A stretch of 64,000 nt of DNA, taken from positions 27,838,001-27,902,000 of the forward strand of contig NC_043012.1 in NCBI RefSeq assembly GCF_006345805.1, written 5' to 3'. A program made the position numbers and the translations under genes. The DNA comes from Octopus sinensis (taxonomy: Eukaryota). Under the pieces are notes generated by a model that was not told the DNA's origin, searched no databases, and saw nothing but the letters and a program-made list of their open reading frames with translations. Within the stretch, counting starts at the first letter, position 1. The number at the start of each line of letters is the position of its first letter. Below are positions 1 through 11,854 of this stretch, piece after piece.

Positions 1-240
1 GGTGGCACATAAAAACACCATCCGAGCGTGGCCGTCTGCCAGCCTCGTCTGGCACTGTGTTGGTGGCACATAAAATCACCCACTACACTCTCGGAGTGGT
101 TGGCGTTAGGAAGGGCATCCAGCTGTAGAAACACTGCCAGATCTGACTGACCTGGTGCAGCCTTCGGGCTCCTCAGACCCCAGTTGAACCGTCCAACCCA
201 TGCTAGCATGGAAAGCGGACGTTAAATGATGATGATGATG
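1..240 (+). mobile_element. 3' UTR/tail of an RTE-clade LINE (5' end outside window) ending in (ATG)n
   Basis: Same sequence as the 3' UTR following the RTE ORF end at 44180-44740 (-); ends CCATGCTAGCATGGAAAGCGGACGTTAAA(TGA)n. Confidence 0.8.
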
Positions 241-245
241 ATATA

Positions 246-398
246 TAAAATAATATGTGACAATTATTCAATAGCCAAGATAAAACTCGTTTTTCAGATG
301 GCCAGATAACCAAAGAGATGGTGTTGTGGATTTACACCTCTGCATCGGAAACTCAGAGTTTTATCTTGGCTATTGAATAATTGTCACATATTATTTTA
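246..398. repeat. Perfect 43-bp inverted repeat (246-288 / 356-398) with 67-nt spacer
   Basis: TAAAATAATATGTGACAATTATTCAATAGCCAAGATAAAACTC and its exact reverse complement, checked base by base. Confidence 0.92.
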
Positions 399-479
399 CA
401 GATAAATTTCCTCTATTTACATAATATTGAGGTCTCTTTCTTTCTTTTGTTATCTTACTGTTTTTACCAATATATATAT

Positions 480-960
480 ATGTGCATGTCATCAAACAAA
501 CTCCAAGGAGGCTGGTTGTTGTGTCAGCAAGACATTTATTATGTAGTAAAATTGATAAAAGGAACAAAGTGAACTTGTCATTAGGAGTGGAAAATTCAAA
601 GTTTCAGGTAGTGTCCTATAGGGGAAAAGTTGAAAGGAGAGAAATTAAGGAGAGACTGCAGAATTTTACATTCTCTAAATTGAAAAGACTGACTGTAACT
701 CACAAAGAACACTGGATGACATGAGCTTCATATGTGAACAAGAAGTGATGGGAGAAACAATGTTAGAAGGAAGAAAGAATTATGGAGGCAAAGTTGCAAG
801 TGAGATTAAGGGAAAAGATGAGAGAGAGGGTTTAATGGATAAGGAAGGGTTTAAAGAACAAGGAAGAGATGTAGGAGGAGAAGGTAAAATGTTATTGAAA
901 CCAGTCAGTGACATGGTGCCAAGTTCAAATGTGAAACGTTGTTCCTTCCTTTTCTGTGAG
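480..960 (-). mobile_element. Penelope-like element 3' end (GIY-YIG C-terminus plus CT-rich 3' UTR), degenerate
   Basis: Minus strand near 880-960 reads RKRKEQRFTFELGTM, like the PLE C-terminal motif R..KEQ..IF.LGT; followed by pyrimidine-rich UTR-like sequence. Confidence 0.55.
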
Positions 961-2390
961 AATGTGGATTCACAGAATTTCTGTTATCATACCATGGCAA
1001 ACTATTCTCGCTTCTTGTCACTGCCTTACCCTCACACATTAAGGACACCAGCCATGCCCTAAACCTTTTCAACTCATTCTCTTTTCCACATAATGAGTTC
1101 AAATTCCTTTCACCATGGACATCATATCACTATATACAATCATCCCCTATAATTATGGCCTTCAAACACTTCTGAAACTGTTGCCTTCTACCCAAACCTA
1201 GTAATACGACGCTCCTTCACCAAGCCAAACTTGTCTTAACCCTTTCGTTACTAACCCAGCCGTACCCAGCCGAAAAATTTGTTTGGTTCATAATACCAAC
1301 CCGGCTGAGAGAACCTATTGTTATTTAAATGTAAATTCGAACCCAAATCTCGTTGGTACATTCGTTAAAACATGTGATTTCACTTTGTAAATAGTTGGCT
1401 TATAGTATCCGACATTGCTTGACGTGATATCTCAACTCAGTGAATTTTGGGATATTTTTTTCGGCATCGATTTTTCTTCAACTTTGAAAATGGATAGGAG
1501 TTTCATGTTATCAAGCATTGATTCTGAACTTAAAGCTTTTTCTACGGAAAATAGGGAGATATCGAGAAAAGGAATGAATGAGGTCCAAAAGCTTCCACAG
1601 TGATCGCTCCAAACAAGCATACTGAAAAAAAATAAAGTCTTATGGTTTCACTTCATAAGAAAGACTATAGATAGACTCTATCTCCTCAGAAAAATTGCTA
1701 ATGAAAACATTATTAAAGTTTTTTACTTCATTCCGATGTAAAATCGTCTTTGCTGTCGCCAACGCCGCTTTGATTCTTCGGAATCCCTGCTTTCATTTTC
1801 GGATAAAAAAATATCCTATTCATTATTGTACACCACGTGCTTTTGGACCTCATTCATTCTTTTTCTCGATATCTCCCTATTTTCTGTAGAAAAAGCTTTA
1901 AGTTCGGAATCAATGCTTGATAACATGAAACTCCTATCCATTTTCAAAGTTGAAGAAAAATCGATGCCGAAAAAAATGTGGAAAAAAATCTCCCAAAATT
2001 CACTGAGTTGAGATATCACATCAAGCAATGTTGGATACTATAAGCCAACTATTTACAAAGTGAAATCACATGTTTTAACGAATATACCAACGAGATTTGG
2101 GTTCAAATTTACATTTAAATAACAATAGGTTTTCTCAGCCAGGTTGGTATTCTGAACCAAAAAATTTTTGGGCTGGGTTAGTAATGAAAGGGTTAATGCC
2201 TTTCACCTTGCTTTGGGATTTACTTCCACCGTATCTTAATATTTCTATTAGATTCCTCAATATCTCCATCAGCATAAACAATATTCACCTCTCTACCCCT
2301 GTCCAATATTGACTCACAATACTATCTCCATTACTCTCCCTCTCACTCCAAACACACTAAATCTGCCATACTTTTTTCTCAATTCTTTTA
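961..2390 (+). mobile_element. Penelope-like reverse transcriptase relic, interrupted by a piggyBac-type foldback element
   Basis: Frameshifted pieces HIKDTSHALNLFNSFSFP, FTMDIISLYTIIPYNYGLQTL, FLNISISINNIHLST and SHSKHTKSAI match PLE RT motifs. Confidence 0.7.
1240..2192. mobile_element. Non-autonomous piggyBac-type element with long (~350 bp) inverted arms
   Basis: TTAA at 1236-1239 and 2193-2196; ends CCCTTTCGTTACTAACCCAGC / GCTGGGTTAGTAATGAAAGGG; ORFs 1415+ and 1816- give almost the same peptide, confirming inverted arms. Confidence 0.85.
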
Positions 2391-2399
2391 CCTTTGCTG

Positions 2400-3350
2400 G
2401 CTTTTCAGCATTGATACAGATTTAAAATCCCAATCCTAAACAATGTGACAGTTCTTCCTGAATCAAGTGAGACTCAACAATGACATCAATGAGAAATTTA
2501 ATGTAAGTGTTGGAATTCATCAAGACTCTTTCCTTCAGAGTTGTTGAGTGGCTGAGTGGGACAGAGCCATACACATTTCCATTGTGCAACAATACACATT
2601 TTAAACAACATTTAGAGCTGACTATGAAAAGACACCATTCCTCTGGTTTGTATTCCTCAAAGCCGAGTTTATCAAGAAGCCCACTGATATCTCTGCAGTA
2701 AACCAGCTCTTCCACTTTTGTGAAGACAGAAAGGAACTCTTTATGCTAACTCAGATAAAAGGTTATATGGACACCATTCTCTAGAAGATTCTTCTCTTTC
2801 AGCAGTGAAGCCAACAGTTCTGCAGAATTTTTTGGGCGGTTCAATTCACGAACTAGATCATTTAGCTCTACCTGGGGGGAATAGCTGAGGTAAAGTCTCA
2901 ACTGAAAAGTCTTTATCTCTAGTGTCATCTTCAGGCGAGGAACCTTCTTTGGTTGAGGGTAAAGTTATCTGAAGCAAGACATTGAAGACAGGAACTGGAA
3001 GCTCTTCACTGTGTGGAAGATTAGGATAGACAAGCGTTTGTCAATTTTTCCAGTTAATACTCTTCAAATTTAGGTTACAAAAAATAACAGTTGTCCATGT
3101 GATTATAGGGCTCCCGCCATACCATACTTTTCCTTGTCCATTGTTGCAAATGTCCTGTACATTGTTTGCAGACACAATGTGGTGCCCAATATTTATCTTG
3201 GTCTCTCAGCTTGACCTCAAATATGCCATATACACTCTTTCAACAAAATCAGTGATATTTTTTTCAATTTTCAGGTATGTATATTCTCCATAAACATTAC
3301 AAAACACATTTGGAGAATTATCACAACACTTTCTTGAAGAGAACATCTTA
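2400..3350 (-). mobile_element. Degenerate CMC-type (Chapaev3-like) transposase, N-terminal half
   Basis: Pieces NITDFVERVYMAYFEVKLRDQDKYWAPHCVCKQC, VWREPYNHMDNCYFC, ELNDLVRELNRPKNSAELLASLLKEKNLL and EEWCLFIVSSKCCLKCVLLHNGNVYGSVPLSHSTTLKE; family assigned from remembered motifs. Confidence 0.65.
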
Positions 3351-4179
3351 CCCATTTTCTATTCTATTCATTCTCTATTTTTTATTCCACAAGTATGGAA
3401 AAAGAAAAAAACTTAGAATAAGGTAATGAACACTGTGTACTGGATGTACACACATACGTAATGACTTACAAACTACAAACTAGATCTGATAGTTCAAAAA
3501 GAAGGTTGTATTTGGATTCAGGAGACCGATTTTGTACAAGAATGATGTCTATTTCCTAAACACCAAAAATATTGTAGACCAGTGCTATTCTCATTTCTCC
3601 CTCTATCGAAAACCGTTGTGTAATATTGCTTCGCTTTTATTCTTTCAATTTTGTGTGTGTATTTACGTGTTTGATGTATACGAGATACTAAAGGACATTT
3701 CAAACCATGATAATGACAACGTCACATATATGAGTGTGTGTATATCTCTGAGTGTGTGTGTGTTTCCACATTAGGTACGTTATTAAACACACACACATGT
3801 ACACATACATATATATGTGACAACTGACATGCATGAATGTATGCCTGCATGTGTGTATATCATCACATTTTTTATATGAATGTGTGTCTGTGAGTGTGTG
3901 TATGTATTTGTGCCCCCGCTACTTACGTTATTAAACACATACATACATCTATACAAACTCTTGACAAAAAGCAATTACGTGGAAGGTCCAAGTTATATAA
4001 AAATACACATCTACTGTTCCATTGTTCCTAATTATTGCAGCAGTTGCAAGGTATTTACAATTTGCTTCTATTTGATTACTTTACATGGCATACAAAAATA
4101 TAGACATGCTCCCTACATACAACTGCTTACAAAAATAGAGCTTAATGTATATTTTTTTCCATGTACATAATTTTTGGTT

Positions 4180-4700
4180 TAAAATATTGAAAAGAAATAT
4201 ACCACCAAAGGAGGAGTGCAGAAAACTGAAGGCGAGAGTCTCAAGAGATAAAGGACATGAGACTTTCTCAGCATCAGCAAAGGCATGCTGCAGCCTGTCA
4301 GATGGAGTCTCAACACAGAAGGGACATGTCTCTCTTTCCAAAGATCACCAAATGCATGCTGCAGTACATCTGATGGAGTCTTAAAAGAGAAGGGAGAGGA
4401 GATTTTGTCAACAAAAGCATCCTGCAGCACATCTGATGGAGTCCCAAGACAAGGGAGATGAGACTTTCCCAAGATCAGCAAAAGCATGCTGCAGCATTTA
4501 ATACTGAATCATTAAAACAACGTTTAGTATGGCAGATTACACAGAGGTCCAAACCAGACCACGTACAAATTCATTCTTCACAACACCGGAAGTTGCTTTC
4601 AGATATGATCCATCCCATTCTTATAAAAAATGATAATTCTGTCCAAATTAGTGTGCTAAACTCCACATAAATGTTTTGTTGTCAATGCTGCACTTTCCTG
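4180..4700 (+). mobile_element. Helitron Rep/helicase N-terminal relic with ~66-bp degenerate coding repeats
   Basis: About four repeats of an RLSQDQQKHAAA-xxES-like peptide, then VAFRYDPSHSY..NSVQISVLNST resembling the Helitron AFxYDP motif; Helitron-like 3' end (hairpin, CTAG|T) at 5240-5268. Confidence 0.5.
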
Positions 4701-4715
4701 TATTACTTGTTTCAA

Positions 4716-5215
4716 CATGATTGTGGCCGTTGCCAGCGCTGCCCCGACCGGCCTCCGTGCCGATGACACGTAAAAAGCACCATCTGTTCGTGGCCGTTGC
4801 CAGCCTCGCCTGGCCCCCGTGCCGGTGGCACGTAAAAAGCATCATCCGTTTGTGGCCGTTGCCAGCGCCGCCCCGACTGGCCTCCGTGCCGGTGGCACGT
4901 AAAAGCACCATCCGTTCGTGTCTGTTGCCAGCCTCGCCTGGTTCCCGTGCCGGTGGCACGTAAAAGCACCATCTGTTCGTGGCCGTTTGCCAGCTCCGTC
5001 TGGCACCTGTGTGGGTGGCACGTAAAAAGCACCCACTACACTTGCGGAGTGGTTGGCGTTAGGAAGGGCATCCAGCCGTAGAAACACTGCCAGATCAGAC
5101 TGGGCCTGATGCAGCCTTCTGGCTTCACAGACCCCAGTTGAACCGTCCAACCCATGCTAGGATGGAAAACGGACGCTAAATGATGATGATGATGATGATG
5201 ATGATATATATATAT
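4716..5215 (+). mobile_element. 5'-truncated RTE 3' UTR with five ~60-bp tandem units and (ATG)n tail
   Basis: Repeats of GTGGCCGTTGCCAGC...GTGCCGGTGGCACGTAAAAAGCACC followed by the same tail as 1-240. Confidence 0.8.
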
Positions 5216-5439
5216 ATATACAAACTATACCATTTTAATCCTGAGCAACACTAGGTATCTTTGCTAGTACTGAATAAAAGTGATACTTAGTAGGTAGTAG
5301 AACCACAACATCACTACTACTAGCCACACAATATATGTGTTGGTGTGTTGGGGTGGGTATCTGCATGCAAGTATAGGTAGGCATATTAATACCCATTTTT
5401 TTCTTTCAGGGGCTTAATATCAGTTTATTTTCCATAATC

Positions 5440-5850
5440 AATATATGGAGAAAGATACTTTGAAAGTCAAGTTGCAGGAATAAGAATAGGATGGAGAAAG
5501 TTCAGAGAGCTGTTATCTTTTGTTGGTAACAAAATCTCTCTCTCTCTCTCTCTCTCTTCAGTGAAAAGCAGATTGCAATGCTACATAGTAATAAAACTTG
5601 GGCTGTCAATGCTGAGGATGTGAAGAAAAGAAAGAAATGAAGCTAGCATGCTCTGATGGACATACAATATCATTGTACATGTATGGCATAGTAGAAACTT
5701 GTGAAAATAAAGATTGCTCTTTAGAGGCATCTGATGTGTTATAGAGAGAAGACTACACTGGTGTGGTCATGTGATGTGGATGGATGAGAACATAGAAACC
5801 ATGGGATGAAATAGTGAAGATGATAGAGGTCCAAGACGAATGATGATAGT
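5440..5850 (+). mobile_element. Degenerate RTE LINE C-terminal fragment
   Basis: RIRIGWRKFRELLSLLVTK-like frame; homologous to 44900-45290 (-). Confidence 0.6.
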
Positions 5851-6640
5851 GATGTCTAGTTTTAGACATAATTCAGAATCATAATATTTTCATGTATAAC
5901 ATGAAAGAACTATAATTACTTACACCAAACTGTTAGTTCCTCTCAGTAGCTTAAACTGAATGTTTAAGTACAATGTATTCTCTATTTGGCATCCATCTGT
6001 ATTGAGACAATTGAGTTTTGCACTGCTAATTAGGATTTGAGCTGCAATCCAATATGGGAGGGCAACCACTTTCCAAACTGTTACTGCTGCCTTTCACGGT
6101 GTCACTGAACTTACCTCTACAGAGTGCAAGCCTGGACTGGGTGTATAGAAATTTTGGATTCTGCAAACACCAGAATTGTCCTCTTAGTCACACTGGTGTT
6201 GTCAAGAGGCAGAGCAGTACATTTGACATCAGTTTGATAGCAGGAATTGCCAGACAAGTGAAAACACAAAACTACCTTAGGAACTCTACTCTGGATTTAT
6301 TATAAGGTTTACACTTTAACCATTGTCTCTTTAAGTAATGATGCTTTTTAGTCTTAGCTAGAAATTTGAAACCTTGCACAACTGGGATTCATGTCAGGGT
6401 CGCACTTTCTTGATGGTAGGATTTTGGGCATTCGAGACATCTACAGTAACTTGTCAAGGGCTGAAAAAGATCTCTTTGTGATGCAAAACCCTACCATCAT
6501 TTAGGCTGATTAACAAACTCTTTAGCTTGACCCAATAAGTCACTTGATGTTGAAATGGAGATTTTGATTCAATGTTCTAAGTATTCCTGCTGTTGATTTG
6601 TTTTTACTAATACATGGGAATTTTTACTTGTATTTTACAG

Positions 6641-6755
6641 TACTCTGGTGTTGCAGATTTAGAGAAAGTATCAACACAGCAACAACAACAGTTAGCAAAG
6701 AAAAGACTTGTCCAAATTATTGGATACCGTTACCAAGAATTACAAAATTTTTCTT
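6641..6755 (+). CDS. NUP205: Nucleoporin Nup205, internal exon (YSGVADLEKVSTQQQQQLAKKRLVQIIGYRYQELQNFS)
   Basis: Acceptor TATTTTACAG; 115 bp, phase 0 to 1; donor GTATCCTTT; joins 11630 in frame; resembles vertebrate KISTxQKYVLARRRLVK. Confidence 0.85.
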
Positions 6756-7539
6756 GTATCCTTTGTTTAGCTATTTTATTTATTTGAAGATTTTTAAATA
6801 TTTTACAGACTTCTGAAAATGCGAAGCCAGTTTTACTCTGTGAACCATTAAGATAGAACTAGTAGGTGGAAGGGATTGTTGGCACTTTTATTCTGACTTT
6901 AACCATGACATGTGACATATTTCTCCTTGTAGTGCATAGCAAGATAAGCTATCTTATGTATAGAGCAGACTTGAATAGCTTTTCAAATAAAGACATTTCA
7001 TAGATAAGTATTTATAAATAATTTAGGTGTTGTAAAAATATTTTTGTTTAATTCTCAATAATATTTAACATTTCATAAAATCTGAATATTAATAAAATGT
7101 GATGAAAATAACAAATAAACAGTAAATTAAATATAAAAGGAACTATAAAATTTTGTCAAATTTTGAATACAAAATACATGAAATCATGATATCACGCCAT
7201 ATTTAGAATGAGCTGTACACATGTAGCGAGTGCTTCAGCCAATAATTGGCTCATATCACTTCTCATATTTTGAGTAATTTTTGCAAGTTCTTTTCCATGT
7301 GATGCTACTTTTGTCTCCAACTTTATCTACAACTTTGTCTTCCTTCTTACTGCTTAGTGTTTTTCAATAATATCAATTTCCACTCTCACTCCTTAATGTG
7401 TGTATAATGTTGCTGCTACCACCTACAGTTGCTTTCAGAGTAAGAGAAGGAGGGAACTGCTCAGGGTTTATAATTGTTATATGATGATATATATCCTCTG
7501 AATGGACAGAGATTTAGAGACATATTACTTGAAGCTTTT

Positions 7540-8180
7540 GACAAAAAAGAGGAGGACATAGCATCACACAATGTGGAGGACAACTGGAGATTCCTATGGA
7601 AGAACCTGTTGAGGGCTACTGACCAGATCTGTGGCTGGTGCTAAGTCCCCTCTCGACCCAAGGTGACATGGTGGTGGAACAATGTAGTTGACAGGACCAT
7701 TAGGGAAAAGAAACAGGCATGAAAGGACTGGAAGTGTGGTGGTAGCAAGGAACTGTATCAGATAGCCAGAAGGGAGCTAGGAGACAGGCTTACTTAGCCA
7801 GAGGGAAAGCAGATAAGAAGAAATTTGCCAATGTTCTGTGTCATGAGGATCATAGACTTGAAGTGTTTTGGATTGCAAAACAGTGTGTGAGAGAAATGTG
7901 CCCGCATGGATGATGGTTCACTTGCATTTAATGATGCAGCAAAGAGAGAGAGTTGGAGATGCCATTATGAAAGGTTGCTTAATGAAAGGAAGAAAGAGAA
8001 TCTGCCAAATGTCTGCCCAACAGAGAGACCAGCTGTTCAAATTGACAATACTTTGGTAGATAAAGCAATTAAGAGTATGTATAAAGAGAAAGCCCTCGGC
8101 TCATCTGGAATCACTAAGATGCTGAAAATATTTGGCGGTGCAGGCTGTAGTTTAGTCACCCATATAGTTAGGCTTTCAGC
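7540..8180 (+). mobile_element. Degenerate RTE LINE fragment (between endonuclease and RT)
   Basis: MDDGSLAFNDAAKRESWRCHYERLLNE...KALGSSGIT; homologous to 38560-39030. Confidence 0.65.
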
Positions 8181-9460
8181 TAACAATAATGTCTTCGTCG
8201 AAAGTGAAGAACATCGTGCCACCTTGGTTAGAGTTGAGTACGCTTAAAAGATCCAGTATATTCCTGTAATGCACCTAAGAAAGGCAGAGATAGCAGTACT
8301 TGTGGTAATAATCAGATTGTAAATAAAAGGATTAATGGCAAGAAAAATAACAGAATTAGTGAGTAATCAGTAATTTCTCAATCAAAAGGTTTCATCAATG
8401 AAATAACTGTAAACACTTTGGTATATTTCAGGAAAATCTACTAACAGTAACACAGAGGCACTGGTGTAAAGACTGAGCGTAAATATAAGGAGCTTGCTCT
8501 GGGAATAATAGCAACCCTTTATTCAACAACCTGCATACAAATATACATAGTTGTAAATGTAATCACATCAGTTATGGTAACAAATTCTGGAAAAATATAA
8601 TGCAAAATAGGAATATTATCTGGTATAATGCTTAATTTGGAATTCATGTTTCTTCAAATATTTCTGGAATGCTCTTTTAGGCTTTACATAAAAATTTTCT
8701 CCTATCTAGCAGGTATAGTAAGATATTTAACAGACATACTGTAAAACTTGCTTACTCCACTACGCTTAATTTAGCAAATATTATAGTGGCTAAAAACATT
8801 AGAAAATTGGGCCTCCAGAATGAAAGAATGTAGAGTATTGATTCTGAACTTATTGATACATCAAATTCCACTTCCTTCATGTCAGGCTAATGGGGTGTAG
8901 GGTAATTGTATCTCAACAAATTACAAAGTGGATAAGATTATCATAAATAAGATATTATGTAACTCTATAACTGATGGTTTGTAATTGTCAGAATGTGAGT
9001 AAATGCCCCCTAGATAACCGATGTCCAAGAAATTATAATTTACTTTCTCAGAACACCTGAGTGTGTGTATTACTACATATTTATGACCAGATTATATAAT
9101 CACAATCACACTTTTAAATACAAAAGGGAAGAACATAGGATACTTTATTTCATGCTCTATAATAGGGGTGCCAAAAGATGGTGCAATTTGTATTTGGAGA
9201 AGACATTTGAACCACTAAAATGTAATTACAACTTGATTAACAAACATAATTATTGACTCATTGTTCTCATTTATTTACTAAAACATTCTTAAAATTTCCA
9301 CATTAATATTTCCACACCTAGGTCCCACTTAACATAGTAAGAAAGAAAAATCTTTATATATGGTATGTTATTAAGGAATCTTCATCTAGCTGTTCAAAAG
9401 AATTCCATCTGACCCATTCAAGCATAAAAAAAGTAGATGTTAAACAGTGATGATGATGGC

Positions 9461-9497
<37 letters not shown>

Positions 9498-9547
9498 TGT
9501 ACATACATTAATACATGTGTAAGTACCACATAGCATATAATTTTAAA

Positions 9548-9900
9548 GGTGTGACTGTGTGGTTAAGAAGTAGCTTTCCAAACCACCTGGTTTCATGTTC
9601 AGTCACACTGCCTGGCACCTTAGTCAAGTGTCTTTTACTAATGACCAACCAATCTGGTAGAAAAGAAACCTATCATATATGTATACAAACATGTCTCGTT
9701 TTCTTGACATCACTTGGGAGGTGAAAATGAGCCAGTGTCATACAAGCAGTGTCACTTGTTTCCAATCTTCCATGAAAACCTGTCCAGCCAATGGGAAATA
9801 TTGCCTTGCTTGGAAACAACTGAAGGCCGGTGATAGGCAGGGCCTCTGGCTGCAGAAAATCCACATCACTGAATTCCAGCTGACTAAAAATAAATGCTAA
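9548..9900 (+). mobile_element. SINE family B (head GTGTGGTTAAGAAG...GGCACCTT); related copies about 27200-27360(-), 40320-40630(+), 41955-42380(+), 43560-43830(-)
   Basis: Recurrent ~350-bp unit with tRNA-like head, internal microsatellite and a tail resembling the RTE tail. Confidence 0.6.
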
Positions 9901-9912
9901 AATATAATTATG

Positions 9913-9943
<31 letters not shown>

Positions 9944-11276
9944 CACCTTAAAAACCTATGTAATTTATGCACTTTTTTCGCCCCCCAAAAAATTACATGG
10001 GTAGATCATTCCCAGAATTTTTTAGAATTTTGTTGAAAAAAGATTTACAAAACGTAAACATTCGTACCGGAAGTTGACGGATTTAATGGGCTTAAGTATA
10101 AGGAAGTTATACTGGACGGTATAATGCTTACTTTTTCTGTATAAATTTACTAAAACCATTAAATGTTTAACTACTTTTTGAAGTCTGACATACATGCTAG
10201 TAATCACGGTTTGGGCCATATTTTACCCAGTTGAATAAAATGTCATCTAAGCTGATGTTTATTGTTAATTAAACTTAATTTGCAACACCTGTGCATATTT
10301 ATCAGCTTTGTTTTTGTTGATATGTTGTTTGAGAAGACATACAGCAGTATGCAAAAAGATTGGACATAATCTCTTGTGGGCAAGAAATGTAAAATAAAGT
10401 TTATTATAAACAAGATTATCCACCATCCTTCCAACAACAACCTTGGGCACCTTTTCGAATTCCATATGACAAACACTTGCAGACATACTTATAAAATCAA
10501 AAAACAACACACCACTCATGACTTTCAGAAACATTTTCTCACACTCAGAATTGCTGAAGCATGGAATAAACTACCTGCATTAGTTGTTAGCTGTCAAGAC
10601 ACTATATCCTTCAAAACTTCCATGTTTCCTGAAATCTTCCAACATTACACCTGATGGCTTTTTTTTCTTTTAGTTGTAGTACACCTGAGCACTGTAAACA
10701 ACAATTTCCTACATTATACATGCTCGCAATTTGTAAAATAATACTCTGGCTATTTCTGGTTACGTGGAGGCACACAAACACACAGTCTCATACATGAGTG
10801 TGCACACACACACAATCAGTGTCACATTTTTCATTTAATTTTATTATTGGAATGCTAACGTCGAGAGAGGAAGAGGTTATATGGAGTGGCTAAAGCAGAC
10901 TGCCATTGTCAGTCTTATAAGAGAGTAGGAGGAGGAGAGTATACCAAGCGGGTAAATCAAACTGACATGTGTCAGTCCCACAAAACTAATTATATTTATA
11001 TAGAAGAAAATACAATCACTTTGTAATTTAATAGCTTTTAATGTTAAACAGAAATTATTTTTATTTAATGAAAATTTAATAAAATCTAATCATAAGTAAG
11101 TGAAATTATCCTAAATACAACTAAATTGAAAACCTTTTTCCCCTGGTCATATTGGCAATTCTGAAAACTTTTGGGTGCGAATTTTACATGAGTAGAAGCT
11201 TTTTCTAACAATTTTTATCTTGAAAATCACCTGTGTAAATTATACAGGTGCACAATTTACATGGGTTTTTACAGTG
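9944..11276. mobile_element. Possible non-autonomous DNA transposon with imperfect TIRs, carrying a CR1 fragment
   Basis: CACCTTAAAAACCTATGTAATTTATGCAC at 9944 vs reverse complement CACTGTAAAAACCCATGTAAATTGTGCAC ending at 11276; no clean TSD. Confidence 0.45.
10420..10700 (+). mobile_element. CR1-type LINE 3' end fragment
   Basis: YKIKKQHTTHDFQKHFLTLRIAEAWNKLPALVVSC, typical CR1 ORF2 C-terminus. Confidence 0.7.
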
Positions 11277-11277
11277 T

Positions 11278-11319
<42 letters not shown>

Positions 11320-11629
11320 ACTGATCATGGTGAGATTGTATATGACAGAGATTTATATTTATGTAATGTAAGTAGTGAATTTATTTAATTTACAAATGCA
11401 GTATTAGCTCAAAGCTTTGGGCATATTCCATAATATATGCATATAACTTGTGCTCAGTAGAGTGCCTTAGTGTCATAGGAACTTGTTCATGATAGCTTAA
11501 TTCTATGGAATTAAATCTAAATTGTCTAAGATTATGATTTTAAAACACACCACCCTTGTTATCCTGATCAGTTTAACATTGATTTCTCTTTCATTTAAAA
11601 GAAAAATATGTAATTGACCTTATCTTTAG

Positions 11630-11758
11630 ATATCATTGAAAACTGCTTGTTCATATTATGGCGTCACTTAGAGTATTATTTACTACATTGTGTCCCACTT
11701 GATCAACAACCAAGTTTGTACCAAACTCAGCATAGGGAACAGTCTAGGCAATTCAGTG
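11630..11758 (+). CDS. NUP205: Nup205 exon (YIIENCLFILWRHLEYYLLHCVPLDQQPSLYQTQHREQSRQFS)
   Basis: CLFILWRHLEYYLLHC is the conserved Nup205 C-terminal motif; AG acceptor, GTAAGT donor; 129 bp, phase 1 to 1. Confidence 0.95.
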
Positions 11759-11854
11759 GTAAGTAACAATCCATATATTCTGAACTGTTTAAAATGCATT
11801 TTTACTGATTTGAATTGCTACCTATTCTCATGATATATATTTTCTTATTTTTAG

